From: an uncultured Cryomorphaceae bacterium
GTDB lineage: Bacteria; Bacteroidota; Bacteroidia; Flavobacteriales; UBA7430
Length of the DNA stretch: 64,000 nucleotides
Assembly: GCA_964516765.1 (NCBI GenBank)
Contig: CAZEWZ010000001.1
Location: 72,755 to 136,754 of the forward strand
Reading direction: 5' to 3'
Positions 46,539-55,980 of the stretch are shown here, piece after piece (position 1 is the stretch's first letter; every line of letters begins with the position of its first letter). The position numbers were made by a program, and so were the translations under genes. The notes under the pieces are model-generated. The model was not told where the DNA came from, did no database searches, and saw nothing but the letters and a program-made list of their open reading frames with translations.

Positions 46539-47186
46539 TTATTGAACTCTTACTGTTTTAAAATCAATTTCTAAATCAATTGGTATACTCCAAGTATAGA
46601 AATCAGGTGAAGTGGGGTCCATATTTCTTAGATAAACAGTACCATTAAAATACCCCTTTAGTGTTGAATTATGAAAATATGTTGAAGTTACATTTGGAGC
46701 AGCTCCTAAATCAGTTATTGTAAGTGGTATATCGTATTGATTCAACTCGCCCCCCATAGTTGTTTGTATAGAGTTAAAATTTGCTTGTAATGAATCAGTA
46801 AGATTCATCCAATAACCATCTGTTGAACCATCTGTAAAGGAAATATCAACATTATTTATTCCAAGACTCATATTTGGAAAAAGTATTACTAATCTTATTA
46901 CTTCTCCACTAACAAAATTAGATTCAGATTTATCATTAATTTCTAAAATTACACCACTATTATTAGATTGACATCCATTATTTAACGACCAAAACCCGCC
47001 TGATCCAAATGGGTCTCCATCAACTGTATTTCCTTTAATTTTAAAGATATCTTCATTAATTTTAACTGTGAACTCATAATCAACATCTCCAGAAACTAAT
47101 TGGATGTTTTGATCTTCTTGTTCTTCTTCTTCACAAGAATTAAAAAGTAAAGGCAAGCAAAGTAAAATAAGTAGTAGTTTTTTCAC
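46539..47186 (-). CDS. Hypothetical lipoprotein
   Basis: 215 aa with the lipobox LFNSC followed by an acidic EEEEQED stretch. I do not recognise the family. It is bracketed by direct and inverted repeats. Confidence 0.55.
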   Translation of the reverse strand: MKKLLLILLCLPLLFNSCEEEEQEDQNIQLVSGDVDYEFTVKINEDIFKIKGNTVDGDPFGSGGFWSLNNGCQSNNSGVILEINDKSESNFVSGEVIRLVILFPNMSLGINNVDISFTDGSTDGYWMNLTDSLQANFNSIQTTMGGELNQYDIPLTITDLGAAPNVTSTYFHNSTLKGYFNGTVYLRNMDPTSPDFYTWSIPIDLEIDFKTVRVQ

Positions 47187-47272
47187 AATTCGGATTATAA
47201 ATTCAAATCAAATATAACTAAATACAATTTACTTAGGTATAGAAGATTAACCCCCCTTCAACTGGTTTCGTA

Positions 47273-47309
47273 TTGACACAATGTTAAAAAAGGTAGGCGG
47301 CGGTTTATA
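47273..47309. repeat. Direct repeat, copy B
   Basis: See 46451-46484. It is preceded at 47249-47270 by aaccccccttcaactggtttcg, an imperfect inverted copy of ccgaaaccgattatttttagggggtggtt (46510-46538). Confidence 0.8.
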
Positions 47310-47447
47310 GAAGTGATTTGTAGACCCCTATCTACTGATTATGATATTTGTAAGATAAATATTTACTGCCAATTTACTGCCAGTAAATTAGCTTAAATCT
47401 ATCTATTTCGTATAATTTGATATATTTGACTAGATTTAATTACCTAC

Positions 47448-47477
47448 AAAAAAAGCACCTACATCTCTGTAAGTGCT
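47448..47477 (-). terminator. Probable terminator of the tRNA gene
   Basis: On the minus strand the sequence is AGCACTTACagagatGTAGGTGCT followed by a T7 run. The stem pairs at 8 of 9 positions. It lies 11 nt after the tRNA 3' end. Confidence 0.55.
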
Positions 47478-47488
47478 TCATTTTTAAG

Positions 47489-47562
47489 TGGGCCCACCTG
47501 GGCTCGAACCAGGGACCCCTTGATTATGAGTCAAGTGCTCTAACCAACTGAGCTATAGGCCC
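47489..47562 (-). tRNA. tRNA with anticodon CAT (elongator Met or lysidine-type Ile2)
   Basis: The 74-nt sequence is GGGCCTATAGCTCAGTTGGTTAGAGCACTTGACTCATAATCAAGGGGTCCCTGGTTCGAGCCCAGGTGGGCCCA. I folded it by hand into a full cloverleaf with a 7-bp acceptor stem, a GCTC/GAGC D stem, a CTTGA/TCAAG anticodon stem and a CCTGG/CCAGG T stem. It is not initiator-like. The C4:G69 and C5:G68 pairs resemble tRNA-Ile2. No CCA is encoded. Confidence 0.9.
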
Positions 47563-47641
47563 AATTTTAGATTTGTCTTGTGAAAAACTTATTCAACTAA
47601 AATTTAGTCTGCAATAATACGCATAATCTGTTTATCTTGCA

Positions 47642-48277
47642 ATGAAATTAATAGATATGCATAGGGGAATAAAAAACATTATTTTTGATCTAGGTGGGGT
47701 TATTTATGCTATTGACTACCATAAAACCATTATAGCCTTCAAAAATCTTGGTATCAAAAATTTTGACCAACTTTTTGCCAAGGCAGGGCAACAAAATCTT
47801 TTTGATGATCTAGAAACTGGTGTAATTTCAAAATCAGAATTCTTCGCAGAGATTAATCTGCTCGTTCAGGATTCTTTAACTGATCAGCAAATAACGGAGG
47901 CCTGGAATGCTATGCTTTTGCAATTCATACCTGAGGCTTTGGCATGTTTAGACGAAATTTCTTCTGACTATCGCTTATTTTTATTGAGCAATACCAACGA
48001 AATACATATTGAGTTCATTTTACATCAGGTTGGGCCTAAAAACTTCAAATCCTTCTGCGCAAGATTTGAAAAAGTATACCTATCTCATGAGATAGGGAAA
48101 AGAAAACCTAACACTGAAGTGTTTGACTATATTATTAAAGAAAAAGACTTGAAAAAGTCTGAGACTCTTTTTATAGACGACTCAATACAGCATGTTCAAG
48201 GAGGTATAAAGGCTGGTTTAGAATCATATCATCTTGACCAAGGCGCAAGTATTTCTAGCTTTTTCCGTGAGGACTAG
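47642..48277 (+). CDS. HAD family hydrolase (subfamily IA)
   Basis: 211 aa. Motif I is IIFDLGGVI, motif II is LLSNTN and motifs III/IV are K.....F / FIDDS. Confidence 0.85.
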   Translation: MKLIDMHRGIKNIIFDLGGVIYAIDYHKTIIAFKNLGIKNFDQLFAKAGQQNLFDDLETGVISKSEFFAEINLLVQDSLTDQQITEAWNAMLLQFIPEALACLDEISSDYRLFLLSNTNEIHIEFILHQVGPKNFKSFCARFEKVYLSHEIGKRKPNTEVFDYIIKEKDLKKSETLFIDDSIQHVQGGIKAGLESYHLDQGASISSFFRED

Positions 48278-48611
48278 GCATTTGATTTTCATCTAAATGA
48301 ACAAACACAATATTATCTATCGTAATGATGATCTTCTGACTCTGCTTTACTCGAGCTTCACATTTTACAGTTATAGAACTTTTTCCATATTTAATAGTCT
48401 CCAACCCTATTTCAACCACATCTCCTGTGCGAGCTGGATTTACAAAGTTAATCTCAGACATAAATTTGGTAACCACATGTCTGTTGTCTAATTGACACAT
48501 TACATAAATTGCGGCTTCTTCATCGATCCATCTAAGAAGAGTTCCTCCAAAAAGGGAACCACCAGCATTGAGATCTTCAGGTTTTACTAATTTTCTTGTA
48601 TGGTATATCAT
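48255..48611 (-). CDS. Acyl-CoA thioesterase (hotdog fold, YciA-like)
   Basis: 118 aa. Has the N..G.LFGG.LL.WIDE motif typical of 4HBT/YciA thioesterases. Confidence 0.85.
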   Translation of the reverse strand: MIYHTRKLVKPEDLNAGGSLFGGTLLRWIDEEAAIYVMCQLDNRHVVTKFMSEINFVNPARTGDVVEIGLETIKYGKSSITVKCEARVKQSQKIIITIDNIVFVHLDENQMPSPHGKS

Positions 48612-48620
48612 TTTTTTAAT

Positions 48621-49028
48621 TTATTCGATTATTTCTTGGCAAAGTTCTACCAAGACACCATGAGAATCCTTTGGATGTATAAAGCAAATGAGTTTATTGT
48701 CAGCTCCATTTATAGGTTCCTCATTAATAAGGGATAGTCCATTATCTTTTAGTCTCTGCATCTCCAAATAAATGTCTGCTACTCCAAAAGCAATATGGTG
48801 AATTCCTTCGCCTTTTTTTTCAATAAATTTTGCAAGTGGACTATCTTCTCTGGTAGCCTCCAGTAGCTCAATTTTGCAATCTCCAGTTTGAAAGAATGAG
48901 GTGTTTACTCCTTCGCTATCAACGATTTCCGTCTTATAAGGTGGGATTCCCAATAATTGTTCATAAACTCGATTTGCGTCATCGATATTTTTTACAGCAA
49001 TTCCGATATGTTCAATTTTTTCTATCAT
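48621..49028 (-). CDS. mce: Methylmalonyl-CoA epimerase (VOC family)
   Basis: 135 aa. Has IEHIGIAVKNID, GEGIHHIAF and HGVLVEL motifs. Confidence 0.85.
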   Translation of the reverse strand: MIEKIEHIGIAVKNIDDANRVYEQLLGIPPYKTEIVDSEGVNTSFFQTGDCKIELLEATREDSPLAKFIEKKGEGIHHIAFGVADIYLEMQRLKDNGLSLINEEPINGADNKLICFIHPKDSHGVLVELCQEIIE

Positions 49029-50864
49029 TTAGGTACGGTTTTGCATTTGATGAAGCTTGAAGTAATTGCCTTTGATTGCAAGCAAAGCTTCGTGGCTTCC
49101 TTGTTCTACAATTTGACCTTGATTTAAGACCACAATTTCATCAGCTTTTTGAATTGTAGATAAGCGATGGGCAATGACAATAGATGTACGGTTGGCCATT
49201 AATTTCCCCAATGCTTCTTGAACCAAGCCTTCTGATTCACTATCCAGGGCAGAAGTGGCTTCGTCTAGAATTAGAATAGAAGGATTTTTCATAACAGCCC
49301 GTGCAATACTGATTCGTTGTTTTTGTCCGCCAGATAGTTTGTGACCACCGTCCCCGATATTGTGCTCGTAGCCATTCTCAAATTGACTTATAAATTCGTG
49401 TGCATTTGCAATTTTAGCAGCCTCTTGAACTTTTTTAGGGTCCGGGTTTTCAATGCCCAAGGCAATATTATTAAATATACTATCATGAAAAAGGATAGGA
49501 TCTTGGGTAACAATGGCCATTTGCTTTCTCAAATCTCTTAATACATAGTCGCGTATATCTATGTCGTCGATTAGAATTTGACCTTCCTTAAGATCATAAA
49601 AACGTGCAATCAAATTGGCTAAAGATGTTTTCCCTCCTCCAGATTGACCTACTAATGCTAAAGTTTTACCTTTTTTTATCTGCAAATTGATATGTTGCAG
49701 TATGGGTTTTTCTTCATAAGAGAAACCTCCATTTTTAATTTGTATTTTATTTTTAAATTGATCCAAGGGTAGAGCATTTTCATTGTCTTTAACTTCAATC
49801 TCAGTATTTAAAACTGCTAAAACTCTTTCTGCCGAAGCGGAGCCTCTTTGTATGCTGTAATATCCCTGAGAAAGCGATTTTACAGGCGGTAAAATTTGTG
49901 AGAAAATGATGATAAAGCCAATAAAAGTTTGGGGACTTAGCTCTGATCCGTTTGGATTTCCTTGTGTTTCAAAAATCAGATTTCCCCCAAACCAGATAAC
50001 AACCACCATAACAAGTGTGCTAAGAAATTCACTCATGGGTGAGGCTAAATCTCGACGTTTCATAATGCTCGACATAATTTTTTGATGGGTTTGAAGTTCT
50101 TCTTCAAACTTCTGTATGATTTGTTTTTCTGCTTGAAAAGCTTTGATTACTCGAAGGCCAGAAATAGTCTCTTCTATGAAGGATAAAATTCGTGCAATTT
50201 GAACTTGTCCTCTGAGTGATTTCTTTTTTAGACTTTTTCCAATAATCCCGATCACAAAACCTGCAAAAGGAAATAGTAGTAAGACAATAAACGTCAGTTG
50301 GATATTCATACTCAGAAGCAGGACAATAGAAGCAATAATATTTATAGGATTATGAACTACTACACCCAATGTTTTCATAATTGAGATTTCAACTTCAGCG
50401 ACATCGGATGTCATTCGTGACATTAGGTCTCCTTTTCTTTTTTCAGAAAAGTAAGAGATAGACAAGGAAGATAATTTGGTGTGTAAGGCTCTTCGAATAT
50501 CTCTAGTAACTCCTGTTCGCATGGGCACAAGAACAAATTGTGCCAAATACCTAAAAAGGTTTTTCAGAAAGAAAGCAATCACAATGGCAAAGCAAATCCA
50601 TCCCAATGCTACTGAGGGACCAGCAGATTCTATAAGGCTTGTTAGTTTATACGAAAGTAAATCTTTAAGCCAGTCAATAGATAATTCTCCTTTTGGTGGT
50701 TGCAAGACTTTTTCTTGCGTGCCAAATAAGATTCCTAAAATCGGAATAACTAATGTGATTGAAAATAATCCAAAAAGAACAGATAAGATGTTTAGTAAAA
50801 TATTTAGTAGAGCTAAATGTTTGTAGTTATAGGCGAATGTTAAAATTTTAAAAAAAGCTTTCAT
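49029..50864 (-). CDS. ABC transporter permease/ATP-binding fusion protein (MsbA-like exporter)
   Basis: 611 aa. A six-helix TMD is followed by an NBD with Walker A GQSGGGKTS, signature LSGGQKQR and Walker B ILILDEATS. Confidence 0.88.
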   Translation of the reverse strand: MKAFFKILTFAYNYKHLALLNILLNILSVLFGLFSITLVIPILGILFGTQEKVLQPPKGELSIDWLKDLLSYKLTSLIESAGPSVALGWICFAIVIAFFLKNLFRYLAQFVLVPMRTGVTRDIRRALHTKLSSLSISYFSEKRKGDLMSRMTSDVAEVEISIMKTLGVVVHNPINIIASIVLLLSMNIQLTFIVLLLFPFAGFVIGIIGKSLKKKSLRGQVQIARILSFIEETISGLRVIKAFQAEKQIIQKFEEELQTHQKIMSSIMKRRDLASPMSEFLSTLVMVVVIWFGGNLIFETQGNPNGSELSPQTFIGFIIIFSQILPPVKSLSQGYYSIQRGSASAERVLAVLNTEIEVKDNENALPLDQFKNKIQIKNGGFSYEEKPILQHINLQIKKGKTLALVGQSGGGKTSLANLIARFYDLKEGQILIDDIDIRDYVLRDLRKQMAIVTQDPILFHDSIFNNIALGIENPDPKKVQEAAKIANAHEFISQFENGYEHNIGDGGHKLSGGQKQRISIARAVMKNPSILILDEATSALDSESEGLVQEALGKLMANRTSIVIAHRLSTIQKADEIVVLNQGQIVEQGSHEALLAIKGNYFKLHQMQNRT

Positions 50865-51019
50865 CTTGGGTTTGAAGTATTCAATAAATATTCTTCCATT
50901 ACAAAGATAAAATTCAATTCCATATAGTTTTCATTGGCAGGAACAATTCTAATAATTTCTTTTGACTTCTATGTAAATAATATATTCAATCCCTAGGCCG
51001 AAATGTTTACCTTTGGTAA

Positions 51020-51379
51020 ATGGAAACTACTAGACAAAAAAAGGTTGCACGTCAAATACAGAAGGATATAGCAGAAATTCTCCAATTGAAGACCCCTTCC
51101 ATTTCCCCCGGGGCACTGATTTCTGTTTCAAAAGTAAGACTAAGCCCAGACCTTTCTTATGCCAAAGTTTTTTTGAGTGTTTTCCCTTTAAAAGATGACC
51201 AAGAGTTTTTAAATTCATTGAATTTATATGCTTCAGAAATCAGGAATGAACTAGGTAAACGCGTGCGACACCAACTACGAATTGTTCCTGAATTATCCTT
51301 TTATATAGATGATTCTATCGATTATGCCGAGAATATCGATCGCTTGCTTCGCGCAGAAGATCAGCCATTATCTGATTAG
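51020..51379 (+). CDS. rbfA: Ribosome-binding factor A
   Basis: 119 aa. Has RQKKVARQIQKDIAEIL and the VRLSPDLSYAKVF motif. Confidence 0.92.
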   Translation: METTRQKKVARQIQKDIAEILQLKTPSISPGALISVSKVRLSPDLSYAKVFLSVFPLKDDQEFLNSLNLYASEIRNELGKRVRHQLRIVPELSFYIDDSIDYAENIDRLLRAEDQPLSD

Positions 51380-51381
51380 TT

Positions 51382-52605
51382 TTGAATGTAGCTCTTTACA
51401 TAGCACGCAGGTATTTGTTTTCCCCAAGTAGCAAGAATGCCATCAATGCACTCACTGCCATTTCTATTTTTGGTGTTGCAATAGGAACTCTAGCCTTGGT
51501 CATTATTTTATCAGTTTTTAATGGTTTTGAGGTACTCATTAAATCCATGTATCATAAAATAAGTTCTGATTTTGTTGTTCGATCAACTAGTTCAAAGACT
51601 TTTCTAAGTACCTCAATTGATAAAGAAGTCCTTAGAGCGATTGCTCCTTGGGAATCAATCCAGGAAATTTTTGAAGAAAAAGTATTATTACGTCAGGAAA
51701 CACAAGAACAGATTGCTAAAATTAGAGGGATTTCTCAATGGCCTAGTAAGGATTCGTTACCTATAGAAAAGCACATCATTAAAGGGACTGGATTTAGAGA
51801 GCAAGACAACGGTTCATGGGCACTGATCGGACAATCTCTCTCATATACACTTTCTTCTTCTATTGGGTCTCTAGAAAAGCCTTTAAAGGTCTTCGTACCT
51901 AACCTAAAGGCTAGTCCTGGTAACTTGACAGAGCGTCCGTTTAATGAAACTTTTTTTTATATCTCTGGAATTTACACTGTGCAAGCTGAATACGACGCTT
52001 CTTATGTTTTGACTTCATTATCTCGAGTTCAAGATTTTTTAGATAAGCCAGACCAAATCTCAAGTATGGAATTCCATATAGGAGAGGGTAACCAAGGACA
52101 TGTACAAGAAAAATTACAAGAATTTTTTGGAAATGATTTTGAGGTTTTAAACAGATTTCAGCAAAACGCATTTTTATATAAAGTACTTCAGACCGAAAAA
52201 TGGGCTATCTTTTTTATTCTTGCATTTATTTTGCTGATAGCTTGTTTTAATATTGTAGGCTCGGTAGTGATGATACTTTTAGAAAAGAGGAAAGACTTAA
52301 AAAGTCTCTGGGCAATTGGAGCATCCGATCGAATACTGCAGAAAATATTTTTTTATGAAGGAATGCTAGTTTCTTTTTTCGGCGGGGGATTAGGTTTAAT
52401 AATTGGTGTTTCAGTATGTCTTATTCAGCAGAATTATGGTTTGATTAAATTGGGTGAAAAGGGAGATTTTATAGTGAATGCATATCCTGTTGATGTTCAA
52501 GCTATAGATATTGTTTTGATTGGTGCCACTTTAATGGGGATTTCTTTATTAATAACATATTTACCAGTTCGCATCCTAAAAAGAAAATTTCTACTGAACA
52601 ACTAA
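51382..52605 (+). CDS. FtsX-like ABC transporter permease (LolC/E family)
   Basis: 407 aa. N-terminal TM, a large periplasmic MacB-like domain and a C-terminal FtsX 3-TM bundle. TTG start. Confidence 0.83.
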   Translation: MNVALYIARRYLFSPSSKNAINALTAISIFGVAIGTLALVIILSVFNGFEVLIKSMYHKISSDFVVRSTSSKTFLSTSIDKEVLRAIAPWESIQEIFEEKVLLRQETQEQIAKIRGISQWPSKDSLPIEKHIIKGTGFREQDNGSWALIGQSLSYTLSSSIGSLEKPLKVFVPNLKASPGNLTERPFNETFFYISGIYTVQAEYDASYVLTSLSRVQDFLDKPDQISSMEFHIGEGNQGHVQEKLQEFFGNDFEVLNRFQQNAFLYKVLQTEKWAIFFILAFILLIACFNIVGSVVMILLEKRKDLKSLWAIGASDRILQKIFFYEGMLVSFFGGGLGLIIGVSVCLIQQNYGLIKLGEKGDFIVNAYPVDVQAIDIVLIGATLMGISLLITYLPVRILKRKFLLNN

Positions 52606-53618
52606 ATAAATTCGTGGGCAGCGAAGACTTCAGAAATTTCTTCTAAAAGAGCGTACAGGATAGCAGGATCATCAGCTGTTACCAGCTTGCCTCTATATTC
52701 TTTAATACCCCGCATTCCCTTGAAATAATTACTGTAATGCCTTCGAGTTTCAACAACGCCTAGAATCGGTCCTTTCCATTCAATAGATCTTTCTAGATGT
52801 TGTTTGCAGGCAGAAACTCGTTCATCTAGACTCGGTCCTTTTAATTTTTCTCCAGTTTTTAAGAAATGTTTTATTTCATTAAATATCCAAGGGTTTCCAA
52901 TTGCAGCTCGCCCAATCATCATGCCATCAACATTATAGCGTTCCTTCATAATCTTTGCTTTCTCTGGAGAATCTATATCCCCATTTCCAAAAACAGGAAT
53001 GTGTATACGGGGATTGTTTTTTACTTCAGAAATAAGTGTCCAGTCTGCATCTCCCTTATACATTTGCTTGCGAGTTCTTCCATGAATAGAGATGGCTTGA
53101 ATTCCAATATCTTGAAGTCTTTCTGCAACTTCTACAATGTGTTTGTTGTCCTCGTTCCATCCCAAACGCGTTTTTACTGTCACTGGAAGATCAGTCGATT
53201 TGACAATTTCAGATGTCATACTCACCATTTTAGGTATATCCTGAAGAATTCCAGCTCCAGCTCCTTTACAGGTGACTTTTTTGACAGGGCAACCATAATT
53301 AATATCTATGATGTCTGGCTTGGCTTGAGTGGTAATCTCTGTGGCCTGTCGCATGGAGTCAATATCATAACCAAATATTTGAATGCCTACAGGCCTTTCA
53401 TATTCAAATATATCTAACTTTTGAATACTTTTTGCAGCATCTCGAATAAGCCCTTCAGAGGAAATAAATTCAGTATACATTAAGTCTGCACCATGTTTTT
53501 TACAGAGCTCCCGAAATGGTGGGTCACTTACATCTTCCATTGGGGCCAGCAAAAGAGGGTATTCACCAAGTTCTATATTTCCTATCTTTACCAATATAAT
53601 TTTTTTATAAAAATACAA
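52602..53618 (-). CDS. dusB: tRNA dihydrouridine synthase B
   Basis: 338 aa. Has LLLAPMEDVSDPPFR, NYGCP and HGRTR motifs. The true start may lie a few codons downstream of 53618. Confidence 0.92.
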   Translation of the reverse strand: MYFYKKIILVKIGNIELGEYPLLLAPMEDVSDPPFRELCKKHGADLMYTEFISSEGLIRDAAKSIQKLDIFEYERPVGIQIFGYDIDSMRQATEITTQAKPDIIDINYGCPVKKVTCKGAGAGILQDIPKMVSMTSEIVKSTDLPVTVKTRLGWNEDNKHIVEVAERLQDIGIQAISIHGRTRKQMYKGDADWTLISEVKNNPRIHIPVFGNGDIDSPEKAKIMKERYNVDGMMIGRAAIGNPWIFNEIKHFLKTGEKLKGPSLDERVSACKQHLERSIEWKGPILGVVETRRHYSNYFKGMRGIKEYRGKLVTADDPAILYALLEEISEVFAAHEFI

Positions 53619-53626
53619 AAAAACAT

Positions 53627-54538
53627 ATGGGATTTCGCTTGTGGGAGAAAAGTAGAGGGATTTGGTCAGAAAGAAGTTTTTCTAGTTTATTGTATGGCCT
53701 TACTATGCTAATTGTTGTAGGACTTTTGTGTTCTCAACTTTTAGGTGCTCTTGTATGTTATTTATTTTTTGATGTTGCCTTTTTTTCCCCTGATTCAGCC
53801 CTCAATATTCAAGATCTCTCTGTGTTGAATTCTCTAAAATGCATGCAATTCTTCAATGCTATTGGTGTTTTTATATTTCCAAGCTGTTTGTTTTTTCATT
53901 TTAGAGGTTTGACCCTTATGAACCAATTGAATTTAAATCAATCTCTTTCTTTGGGTCGTATTTTTTTTCTTTTTCTTTTGGCCCTTGCTATGATTCCCGC
54001 CGCGAATTTTTTGGGAAGTCTAAATGAGGGTATTTATCTGCCTGACTTTTTCTATTTCTTGAAGCAAATCGAAGCTGAGACAATTCTTCTAACAGAGCAA
54101 TTAATGAAAATGGACAGTTATACAGATCTTTTTCAAATGATTATTCTTGTTGGGATATTAGCCGCTATTGGCGAAGAACTTCTTTTTCGGGGATTGTTGC
54201 AGAACTTGTTTCACGAATGGTGGGCTAAAAAACATTTGGCGATATGGCTAACGGCCTTTTTGTTTTCTGTTGTACATCTTCAATATCAAGCCGTTCTTCC
54301 TCGTTTTTTGCTAGGTGCACTGATTGGTTATGTTTATCTGAATTCGGGGAATTTGCGTACCGCAATTTTGTTACATTTCTTTTATAATACTAGCCTAGTA
54401 TTTATCACTTTTATGATTCAGCACCAAATTTTGGATCGCTCTTGGGGAGTTGTGGGGGCTGAAAATATATTATTAGGAGTGTTTGCATTACTTTTTTCCT
54501 TTTGGATTGCCTTTCGATCACCCCCAAATATTATATAA
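53627..54538 (+). CDS. CPBP family intramembrane glutamic endopeptidase
   Basis: 303 aa and polytopic. Motif 1 is EELLFRG, motif 2 is FSVVHL and the late motif is HFFYN. Confidence 0.8.
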   Translation: MGFRLWEKSRGIWSERSFSSLLYGLTMLIVVGLLCSQLLGALVCYLFFDVAFFSPDSALNIQDLSVLNSLKCMQFFNAIGVFIFPSCLFFHFRGLTLMNQLNLNQSLSLGRIFFLFLLALAMIPAANFLGSLNEGIYLPDFFYFLKQIEAETILLTEQLMKMDSYTDLFQMIILVGILAAIGEELLFRGLLQNLFHEWWAKKHLAIWLTAFLFSVVHLQYQAVLPRFLLGALIGYVYLNSGNLRTAILLHFFYNTSLVFITFMIQHQILDRSWGVVGAENILLGVFALLFSFWIAFRSPPNII

Positions 54539-54556
54539 TTTCATTCAGATATGCGT

Positions 54557-54588
54557 AAAAAAAAAAGGAAGCTCAGCTTCCTTTTTTT
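54557..54588. terminator. Bidirectional rho-independent terminator between convergent genes
   Basis: The sequence is aaaaaaaaaaGGAAGCtcaGCTTCCttttttt, a 6-bp GC-rich stem flanked by A10 and T7 tracts. It lies between the CPBP stop (54538) and the exbD stop (54605). Confidence 0.8.
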
Positions 54589-54604
54589 AAGTATGTGTTC
54601 AAAT

Positions 54605-55072
54605 TTAATCCAAACTTGTATAGGTGGCATAGTTAATTTTATATGCCTGGGCTTTTCTAAGTTCTTGTTTGATGTCAGTTATAAGTCCCATTTTAGCATC
54701 AACATCTGCTTTTATACAGGTGACAAGTTGAGGCTTTTTTTCTTCTGCAGTTGCTTCTCTTTTTGTCGCGACAAATTCTTGAATTTCGGAGGATAATTTA
54801 AAAGAGTCATTTAATTGAATTCTAGGTTCAGATCCAAATTTTGCTTTCATTCCAGCTACTGGTGCTCCAACATAAATGTAACTGCACAAAGATTTATCTT
54901 CAATTTTCTTCACCTCAGATGCTTTTGGAAGAACATTTTCAACCAGTAGAGTAGTTTCTCTCATAACTGTAGTTACCATAAAGAAAAACAAAAGCATAAA
55001 AACTATGTCTGGAAGAGATGCAGTAGATATTGCCGGTGTTCCTTCACCTTTTTTCTTTTTAAAGCGACTCAT
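54605..55072 (-). CDS. exbD: Biopolymer transporter ExbD/TolR
   Basis: 155 aa. The N-terminal LPDIVFMLLFFFMV TM motif is typical of ExbD. Confidence 0.85.
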   Translation of the reverse strand: MSRFKKKKGEGTPAISTASLPDIVFMLLFFFMVTTVMRETTLLVENVLPKASEVKKIEDKSLCSYIYVGAPVAGMKAKFGSEPRIQLNDSFKLSSEIQEFVATKREATAEEKKPQLVTCIKADVDAKMGLITDIKQELRKAQAYKINYATYTSLD

Positions 55073-55614
55073 TAGTTTTCTCCTACATTTTTAGGTTCCG
55101 CTTCAGAAATTTTTTCTGGGAACATTTTACGAATTTCTTTTTTATTTTCTCCCTTGAGTTCTCCGTAATTGAGTCCAAACTTTTTTTGAGCTTCTCTGTC
55201 GCGAAGTTCGCGATAGGCTGCTGAAAGTTCGTTTTGTACTTTGATGTACATCTCATATGATGTCCCCCGGTCATTCTGAAGTGATACAATAGCTTTTTGG
55301 GGATTATCGGATAAGTTTGGGTTTTTACCCCAATTGTCAAGAAACTTTTTAGCACCATCTCGTAGTTCAGAAACTTGCATTAATTCTTCTTCTACTAATA
55401 ACTGGTCTTTGGCGTTTACAAGAACTACATAGATGTTTTTTGCTTTAATTTGAGAATCATCTATGATTTCTTCTTCTTCTGGCATTGCTGGCAATTTACG
55501 AACCAAACCAGTATCTACATCCATGGTGGTTGTTACTAGGAAAAAGATAAGCAGAAGAAAGGCAATATCTGCCATTGATCCTGCATTGATTTCGGGTAGA
55601 GATCTTCTAGACAT
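55072..55614 (-). CDS. exbD: Biopolymer transporter ExbD/TolR (second paralog)
   Basis: 180 aa. Has the PEINAGSMADIAFLLLIFFLVTT motif. Confidence 0.85.
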   Translation of the reverse strand: MSRRSLPEINAGSMADIAFLLLIFFLVTTTMDVDTGLVRKLPAMPEEEEIIDDSQIKAKNIYVVLVNAKDQLLVEEELMQVSELRDGAKKFLDNWGKNPNLSDNPQKAIVSLQNDRGTSYEMYIKVQNELSAAYRELRDREAQKKFGLNYGELKGENKKEIRKMFPEKISEAEPKNVGEN

Positions 55615-55622
55615 ATGCTAGG

Positions 55623-55952
55623 TTATTTACGCAATTTTGAAACTTCGGTATACACCACAGAAAGTATTGCACAAGCCGCAAGAATATAAAACACAAAGAG
55701 TCCAGTTCCAACTTGTTTTGACTCTGTTGGGCTGACATTAAATTTAGAAAAGTGATCAGTAACTTCATTTGATGCCAAAAAGTATGCAATCAAATAAACC
55801 ATTAAGAGGGCGCCTGCTCCCTTAGCTACATCTTTTGACTTTTTTGGATTTTCAATCAAATATTTGATTGGAAATCCAAGAGCTGTAAATGTTGCTACAG
55901 CTAATAGAATATAAGTTAGCAGGATGCCGTAATTTGTCATGAAATCTCCCAT
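55623..55952 (-). CDS. Hypothetical small membrane protein within the exbB-exbD cluster
   Basis: 109 aa with 3 predicted TM helices. It sits between exbB and exbD on the same strand. Confidence 0.5.
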   Translation of the reverse strand: MGDFMTNYGILLTYILLAVATFTALGFPIKYLIENPKKSKDVAKGAGALLMVYLIAYFLASNEVTDHFSKFNVSPTESKQVGTGLFVFYILAACAILSVVYTEVSKLRK

Positions 55953-55980
55953 GTCAATATGTTTAACGGTTTATAATTAA

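Noticed and set aside
47361-47388. Tandem atttactgcca x2 as a mini CRISPR or repeat array
   Set aside because: There are only two adjacent 11-mers with no spacers, and no cas genes. I kept it only as part of the tRNA-flank observation.
52866-53417. 183-aa plus-strand ORF
   Set aside because: It is antisense to dusB. It is long only because of AT-rich codon bias.
54551-54796. 81-aa plus-strand ORF
   Set aside because: It starts inside the bidirectional terminator and runs antisense into exbD, which is implausible.
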